53,278 bases of DNA from Nanobdellota archaeon (GTDB lineage: Archaea > Nanobdellota > Nanobdellia > Pacearchaeales > GW2011-AR1): assembly GCA_038043805.1 (NCBI GenBank), contig JBBTBG010000004.1, positions 1 through 53,278 on the forward strand. The letters run 5' to 3'. Below, one piece after another: positions 48,083 through 53,278 of this stretch. The stretch's first letter is position 1. Every line of letters begins with the position of its first letter. A program made the position numbers and the translations under genes. The notes below the pieces were generated by a model. The model was not told the origin of the DNA. It ran no database searches and saw nothing but the letters and a program-made list of their open reading frames with translations.

Positions 48083-50005
48083 TTACAATTCCAGCTCAAA
48101 CTTCCCTAATTCTTTCTCTAACACTTTAAACAATTCTCCAGAAATCTTCGTCGTTAATTTCCCCTTATTCTCAGAAAGTGCTTTATCAAATTCTTCTTGA
48201 GTAGACGTAACTAGCTTTCCATCGCTAACTTTACGGATATCCTTTCCCTCAATAATGAAATTAATGTTGCCAAGCAAAACAACCTCAGCTTTTCTGTTCC
48301 CTGCATAGGTAATCTGCACAAGTCCCTTTTCAGTCTTCACAAGGTCAGCACGTTGAGCATATTCCACGAGAGCATTAATCAGCTCCAAAGCGTCTTTACG
48401 CACACGGTCACTCTCAAGGGCATCCATCTTTCCAGAGGATACTTTACTCTTGAGGTTTACAAGTTCTTTCATTACCAAAGAGAATCTTCCCGAAATCTTA
48501 CCTTTCTTGATCATCTGAGTTTCAAACTGTTTAACAAGCTCAGGAGCAGGATGCTGTCCAAAGAACGTCTTCAGTAAACCAAACACTTCATTGTACAACT
48601 CTTGCGCTGTTTTTTGTTGGAGATTCTTCTCAATCTTTTTGCGCAGTTCCTTGAGCATAGCATTATATTCTTTTGTCTCCTTAAGAAAAGCATCCAGCTC
48701 TTTGCCAGAAAATTCTTTTAATTTACCGTATTCATACTGTTTGAAATAGTGCACAGCCTTCTCCAACGTTTTTAAATTTCCATCTGTCATGACCTTCATC
48801 TGATCGACAAACACTTTTTTAACATCTGCGACAATAGTTTTAGGCACAGGCGGCGCTTCTCCCGTAAGCATCATCAGTGCTTGCGTCGGAGTAACAACTC
48901 CATAATAGATATCTACCATAATATCCAGCATTTTTCTCTTTACAATCTCTTCAGTCTGTTCTCCCTGCTTCATATAGAGATCAATTGCTTCAGGGCTTGG
49001 CTTAATACGCCCCATTTTTAACAATAATTTCCATGGGATAAACGTTCCTCGATCATAGAGAGGTATACCATCACGAATAAATGTAAATGCGACAGGTTCT
49101 GCATCTTTTACTCTCTGCCAGAAGTCAGTCAATAACCACACCTGTACATTGAGTATATTCTTCACACCTGCCAATGCATTCGCTTCTCTAATAAAATCAT
49201 GTACGATAATATTTCTCAATCTCTCAAGCAAGTCAATACGCGACATACGTTTTACATCAGTATCATCGATAATGATAAAGACATCAACATCACTGTCTTT
49301 TCCAGCTGTTCCTCGAACAAGACTTCCTCCAACGACATAACTGGCAACATATTTATCGAATTTTCTCAACGAAAGAGACTTGTGAATGTTCGCAACTCTC
49401 AATGCGCCAAGAAATCCCGAATCATGTAATGGAAACATCGCGCTAATTGCATCTAAGAACTCATATTTGCTGTCAAGACCATAGTTCCACAAATCTATAG
49501 GTGTCTTTATGAGAACCCAAAGATTTTCTCCTGTCTCTTTTGCCATCTTAATAATTTCTGGCTTAATCTTAGGAACATTTTTGTACTGCTCTTCAGGAAT
49601 AATAACTAATGCATATAATGGCCTTGTATCTGCAATCTCTTTAGGGATCTGCTCATCTTCTTCAAACATCGGAGCTGCCTGCGCAGGCAATATTCCAAAT
49701 GCAATAGTAAATCTATATTTCTTCACAATATTTTTCTTCAATCCTTCTAATTTCTGCTTTACTTTCTCAAAATCAATCGCTTGTGGTTGAGATTGTTGTG
49801 GAACCATCATTCCAGGAGGAATTCCTGCAGCTAGAGGCATTCCAGCAGATGGCGACATTTTTCCAGGAAGCATTCCCAAAGAAGATATTGACGGCAAAGA
49901 GGGAAGAGCAACACCTTTATTCATCCCTTGAATGCTAGGAATGTAAACTTGAGATTTCTCTTCTTTGCCCTTTTCACTCTTCGCAGAAGTCTTATCTTTA
50001 CTCAT
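48083..50005 (-). CDS. Large nucleotidyltransferase-domain protein with a Pro/Met/Gly-rich N-terminus
   Basis: VVGGSLVRGTAGKDSDVDVFIIIDD NTase signature. The ~230-aa core is paralogous to 37733-38569 (shared ...W...GRIKPSPEAI / GKIHSTPEAI, PPVPKTI / PPSPEQI). Confidence 0.75.
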   Translation of the reverse strand: MSKDKTSAKSEKGKEEKSQVYIPSIQGMNKGVALPSLPSISSLGMLPGKMSPSAGMPLAAGIPPGMMVPQQSQPQAIDFEKVKQKLEGLKKNIVKKYRFTIAFGILPAQAAPMFEEDEQIPKEIADTRPLYALVIIPEEQYKNVPKIKPEIIKMAKETGENLWVLIKTPIDLWNYGLDSKYEFLDAISAMFPLHDSGFLGALRVANIHKSLSLRKFDKYVASYVVGGSLVRGTAGKDSDVDVFIIIDDTDVKRMSRIDLLERLRNIIVHDFIREANALAGVKNILNVQVWLLTDFWQRVKDAEPVAFTFIRDGIPLYDRGTFIPWKLLLKMGRIKPSPEAIDLYMKQGEQTEEIVKRKMLDIMVDIYYGVVTPTQALMMLTGEAPPVPKTIVADVKKVFVDQMKVMTDGNLKTLEKAVHYFKQYEYGKLKEFSGKELDAFLKETKEYNAMLKELRKKIEKNLQQKTAQELYNEVFGLLKTFFGQHPAPELVKQFETQMIKKGKISGRFSLVMKELVNLKSKVSSGKMDALESDRVRKDALELINALVEYAQRADLVKTEKGLVQITYAGNRKAEVVLLGNINFIIEGKDIRKVSDGKLVTSTQEEFDKALSENKGKLTTKISGELFKVLEKELGKFELEL

Positions 50006-50056
50006 AAGTATGTCACTTTGTAGGCATATTTAAAGTTATGCTTGACTTTTGATAAT

Positions 50057-50064
50057 TTTATATA
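50057..50064 (+). promoter_or_regulatory. TATA box (TTTATATA)
   Basis: Ends 22 nt upstream of the ATG at 50086. Confidence 0.5.
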
Positions 50065-50085
50065 ATCTTCTTTCCTTTCAAGAAG

Positions 50086-50634
50086 ATGTCAACATCATGG
50101 CAAAGAGGAGAGCGCAAATACCTTCCTGAATTTGTTTACGGAGGTATCGATGGAGCGGTGACGACGTTCGCAGTTGTTGCAGGCTCTATGGGTGCATCTC
50201 TCTCCTCAACAATTATTCTTATTCTTGGATTCGCCAATCTTATCGCAGATGGTTTTTCCATGGCCGTTTCTAACTATCTTTCTACAAAATCCCAGCAGGA
50301 CTTGCATCGCCACGACGCAGAAACAAAATTCTTTAAAAAAGAAGCAAAACATCCTTTTAAAACAGCAATAGCAACATTCTTTTCATTCATCATCATTGGA
50401 ATCATCCCTCTTCTCTCATTTGTCTGCGCAGTTTTTCTTCCCACACTCATTACTTTGCAGTTCACCCTTTCCTTTCTTTTAACAGGCGTTGCTCTCATCA
50501 TAGTAGGCGCTGTGAAAGGGACAATCGTGAAAAAGCATCCCTTCCACTCCTCTCTGGAAACACTCTTTATTGGAGGCGTCGCCGCCCTTCTTGCCTATGT
50601 CGTTGGTGCAGGAGTCAAAGCAATCATTAATTAA
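50086..50634 (+). CDS. VIT1/CCC1-family iron/manganese transporter-like membrane protein
   Basis: EFVYGGIDGAVTTFAVVAG and GFANLIADGFSMAVSNYLS blocks, with C-terminal TM segments. Confidence 0.75.
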   Translation: MSTSWQRGERKYLPEFVYGGIDGAVTTFAVVAGSMGASLSSTIILILGFANLIADGFSMAVSNYLSTKSQQDLHRHDAETKFFKKEAKHPFKTAIATFFSFIIIGIIPLLSFVCAVFLPTLITLQFTLSFLLTGVALIIVGAVKGTIVKKHPFHSSLETLFIGGVAALLAYVVGAGVKAIIN

Positions 50635-50635
50635 T

Positions 50636-51142
50636 ATGACTAATACAGATTATAGTGTTCAGAGACGTATTGAAATTGTTAAAGCAATGGAGAAGATAGT
50701 TCTTAAATCACCTAGCGATTTGATAGATTTTGTGTGTGAACTCATGAATGTTCCTAAAGACCAAGTATTGGCAGAAAAAGGGCCAAAACGCAATCCTGAA
50801 CTCTTGAGTACCCGTCATGTAATTCAATATCTTTTAGAAGGAAAGTTTCACCTCGGAAAAAGCGAGATAGGAAGATTGACCAACAGAGACCATGGATCAG
50901 TCATTAATGCGATTAAAGGAATTGAGGGCATGCTTCAAACGTATGGAAAACAAGTCAACCCGATTCATATTCCTGAAAGTTTGTTGAGAAAATACAGCGA
51001 ACAAGAGAGAGATCTCTCTTATATTGTACAAACTCCATTAGAAATTCTTGCGCCTGTGAGAAAATCACATGTCTATTATATTGTATTGAATCAGCCAACA
51101 CTAAGACATAAAAAACTCTCAAAAACTCTGAGCCTCGGATAA
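50636..51142 (+). CDS. Protein with a DnaA C-terminal-domain-like helix-turn-helix
   Basis: STRHVIQYLLEGKFHLGKSEIGRLTNRDHGSVINAIKGIE matches the R..AMYL....SL.EIG..F..RDHSTV.HA..KI pattern of bacterial DnaA domain IV. I take the start at the ATG at 50636. Confidence 0.6.
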   Translation: MTNTDYSVQRRIEIVKAMEKIVLKSPSDLIDFVCELMNVPKDQVLAEKGPKRNPELLSTRHVIQYLLEGKFHLGKSEIGRLTNRDHGSVINAIKGIEGMLQTYGKQVNPIHIPESLLRKYSEQERDLSYIVQTPLEILAPVRKSHVYYIVLNQPTLRHKKLSKTLSLG

Positions 51143-51275
51143 CCTGTCCCAAGAAGTCAATCTCCAGCATGAAGGCGATAATTATAAAATCTGTGAAGCG
51201 TGTGGTGCAGTCATGCAGGAAGACCATTGCAAACTCAAATGCAAACGCTGCGGATATTTTAGAAGTTGCAGCGAT

Positions 51276-52223
51276 CTATTTTAAAGCGTATGAAAAAAAG
51301 TCCTGGTAATTAACTTGAGATAGACTGCGAATATAGGCAGTATCTTCCGCGTTCAATGTTTCCTGATGATGAAAAATACTTCTTTTAATCGCACGTAACG
51401 GAACTTTTAAAGGCTCAGGTAAGACAGCACGCAATACTTCAATACTTGATTTTGCAAGACTATTACGATAAGCCCAGCCTTTCAAATGCTTTGCAAAGAT
51501 TTGTTTATAGCATCTCCAGCGAACTCCACTCCAAACATTCTGAACCCACAAATTATGATCATGTTGACGATTAACTACTGAATTTCGAGAGAGGTGTGTT
51601 GTTTTTTCTTGTCTAGACTCCAGATTGTGTGCGCTTCGCAGAGCAATGTCCCAGTCTTCAGCAGAAGTGATTGCGGGATCGTATCCCTGAACTTCATTTG
51701 TAAAAAAATCTCTCTCCCAAAACATCGTAGGATAGGGAAGAGGCCCTTGGCGAAGAAGATAACTGTAAAGAAGCGCGCCAGTCTCAAATGAGGGAGCAGG
51801 GACTTGGAAAAAATTACCTACTCTCTCATTTAAAAGAATCATATCAGTGTACACAAATTTTGCTCCTTTTTTGCTCGCAGCACTTACCCTCATCTCCAAA
51901 CTTCTCGGCGTCAAAAGATCATCTGAATGGATTATAGTAATATACTGAGCATTACATTGTCTAAGTCCTTGTTCAACACCTGTGTTAATGGCGGCGCTCG
52001 ATCCTTTATTCGATTGATGCACCACAATCAAGTTGTCGTTGCGCGCAGCAATCTTATCCAGAACTTTCGGCGTTTCATCCGTGCTCCCATCATCAACAAT
52101 AACATGCCTAAAGTTCCTATCTGTCTGCTGCCGTACCCAATAGAGATTCTGCAGCAGTAAAGGCAGACGCTGATTCTCTCGCGTACAATATACTGGAGTT
52201 ACCACAAGTGTTTGCGGTTGCAT
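51276..52223 (-). CDS. Family 2 glycosyltransferase
   Basis: VVTPVYCTRENQ...FRHVIVDDGSTDETPKVL N-terminal GT-A signature. The start at MQPQTL is likely. Confidence 0.8.
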   Translation of the reverse strand: MQPQTLVVTPVYCTRENQRLPLLLQNLYWVRQQTDRNFRHVIVDDGSTDETPKVLDKIAARNDNLIVVHQSNKGSSAAINTGVEQGLRQCNAQYITIIHSDDLLTPRSLEMRVSAASKKGAKFVYTDMILLNERVGNFFQVPAPSFETGALLYSYLLRQGPLPYPTMFWERDFFTNEVQGYDPAITSAEDWDIALRSAHNLESRQEKTTHLSRNSVVNRQHDHNLWVQNVWSGVRWRCYKQIFAKHLKGWAYRNSLAKSSIEVLRAVLPEPLKVPLRAIKRSIFHHQETLNAEDTAYIRSLSQVNYQDFFSYALK

Positions 52224-52314
52224 TAAAAAAAACTCACTCTTTAATTTAAAAACTTTTCTTTTTAGCAATTCTTGCAAACACTATTAATTTAAAGAGGTTC
52301 TACGTATAAACTTC

Positions 52315-52764
52315 ATGTTCGAATGGCTCTTCCGAAGAGGCTTTAAGGAATATTTATTTAAGGAAAGGCTTCCTGTCATTACAACACCTGCTCTTGGCAG
52401 AGGATTTTTTATTTTACATCCTCAGCACGCAAGAAGTTATCTTCTACGGCATAATGAAATAAGCCAGCCCGAAGTCCTTGGAAGAGTAGAAAGACAAAGA
52501 GCCGCCCAAGGGCAACGATATACAGTCAGCGTAACTCCTTATGCTCTTTTGTCAGATCGTGAGAAGCAAATGCTCGAAGCATCAATTGCCCCATACAAAA
52601 AGCTAGAAGCTAGAGGACAATCTATCTATGAAGCCAGAGAGGATTTGGAAAAAATTTCACGCGTTTTCATCTTCATAGATTTTCAACAATCTCCTATTCA
52701 ACAATTTCTTCCAGAAAATGTTGTCACTGGCGTTTTTACTAGCCCCCAGCATGAACAAGCATGA
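52315..52764 (+). CDS. Hypothetical protein
   Basis: 149-aa ORF. Confidence 0.5.
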   Translation: MFEWLFRRGFKEYLFKERLPVITTPALGRGFFILHPQHARSYLLRHNEISQPEVLGRVERQRAAQGQRYTVSVTPYALLSDREKQMLEASIAPYKKLEARGQSIYEAREDLEKISRVFIFIDFQQSPIQQFLPENVVTGVFTSPQHEQA

Positions 52765-52829
52765 GAACTCAACATCGGTAAGGGAGATCTTTCAGTAAAT
52801 TATTTAAAAATCAAAAAATACATTTTCTC

Positions 52830-53123
52830 ATGTCGCGATTATGGGGAAGTATCCGTGAAGTAGGATCTCTAGCATTATGGTCAGGATATATGATCTACGA
52901 AGCAGGCGTGGACCTTCTCAGCATTACCTACAATCGACTCAAAAACTACCGTATTTCTTATATGAAAGAAAAAGATCTTTTTATTCCAACTATCTATCTC
53001 CCTTCAGGAAGAGACGATCATCGTGCCCTGCCTCTATTGAATCTCATCTATAAAGAAAAAGAAAGAACTGGCCCCACAGGGAATACTTTAGCGAATACTT
53101 CGCGAAAGTCACCACGGAACTAA
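52830..53123 (+). CDS. Hypothetical small protein; the 3' end reads into the family B repeat
   Basis: 97-aa ORF with a hydrophobic N-terminus. The last ~18 codons (TGPTGNTLANTSRKSPRN) are encoded by the tRNA-Val 3' repeat and the 64-nt module, so the C-terminus is doubtful. Confidence 0.4.
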   Translation: MSRLWGSIREVGSLALWSGYMIYEAGVDLLSITYNRLKNYRISYMKEKDLFIPTIYLPSGRDDHRALPLLNLIYKEKERTGPTGNTLANTSRKSPRN

Positions 53124-53148
53124 GTTCTGTGAGTGCGTTCGATTCAGA
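53069..53148 (-). repeat. Family B tRNA-linked module: 64-nt conserved insert (53085-53148) plus an exact 16-nt repeat of the tRNA-Val 3' end (53069-53084)
   Basis: On the minus strand, ATTCCCTGTGGGGCCA occurs at 53164-53149 (inside the tRNA) and again at 53084-53069, 80 nt apart. The intervening 64 nt is homologous to 28244-28307. Confidence 0.75.
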
Positions 53149-53219
53149 TGGCCCCACAGGGAATCGAACCCCGGCGTCCTCCACGTGAAAGAGGCGTTCT
53201 GCCACTAGACTATAGGGCC
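53149..53219 (-). tRNA. tRNA-Val (CAC)
   Basis: Acceptor GGCCCTA/TGGGGCC, anticodon stem CCTCT/GGAGG with loop TTCACGT, T arm CGGGG-TTCGATT-CCCTG, discriminator A. The D stem is weak (one C-A mismatch) and the variable loop is 4 nt. Confidence 0.78.
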
Positions 53220-53278
53220 TTATTTTAAATAAAGAAAGAAGTTTATAAGCTTCACTTAAATAGATGGAAATTACTAAG

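Noticed and set aside
51132-51284. A four-Cys zinc-ribbon-like frame (…YKICEACGAVMQEDHCKLKCKRCGYFRSCSDLF) between the DnaA_C-like gene and the GT2 gene.
   Set aside because: The open frame has no ATG, GTG or TTG start upstream of the first CxxC. It would need a +1 shift from the upstream gene or a CTG start. I cannot support it as a gene, though a frameshifted C-terminal Zn-ribbon of 50636-51142 remains possible.

Overview
AT-rich, gene-dense archaeal window. The archaeal call rests on ribosomal proteins uL16/L10e and eL33/L35Ae, an archaeal-type TyrRS, a class III signal-peptide pilin, and TTTATATA boxes about 22-30 nt upstream of start codons (leaderless-style promoters). The many orphan secreted, membrane and low-complexity proteins suggest a small-genome, DPANN-like lineage; that is inference only. 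I call about 65 protein genes: housekeeping (tyrS, tgt, pepF, htpX, msrB, trhO, cysteine desulfurase, a circularly permuted GTPase, an Sfm1-like SPOUT methyltransferase), 4 tRNAs (Glu-UUC, Pro-GGG, Ser-CGA, Val-CAC), and many toxin-antitoxin or nucleotidyltransferase modules (RelE-like, Fic, VapBC, Doc/RHH, HEPN-like/MNT, two large NTase paralogs). No CRISPR array, rRNA or recognisable transposase is present. Two repeat families are not explained by the ORF track. (A) A 93-119 nt structured element occurs in three copies (4495-4613 +, 24165-24271 -, 46599-46691 -). Its stems co-vary and its junctions are invariant. Each copy follows AATCA and ends in GACAT(C/A)A. Two copies lie in sense orientation inside protein genes, one within the catalytic motif of a Doc toxin. 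Precise removal restores both reading frames. (B) A conserved 64-nt two-hairpin module lies directly after tRNA-Ser and tRNA-Val. In both cases it is followed by a 16-nt repeat of the tRNA 3' end (T-loop A58 to discriminator), giving an identical 80-nt period. Other oddities: tandem paralogous membrane proteins with Gly/Cys/His-rich tails, a 26-Cys secreted protein, a fold-type III decarboxylase homolog that seems to lack the PLP lysine, a DnaA C-terminal-domain-like protein in an archaeal context, and clear palindromic operators at TA promoters.
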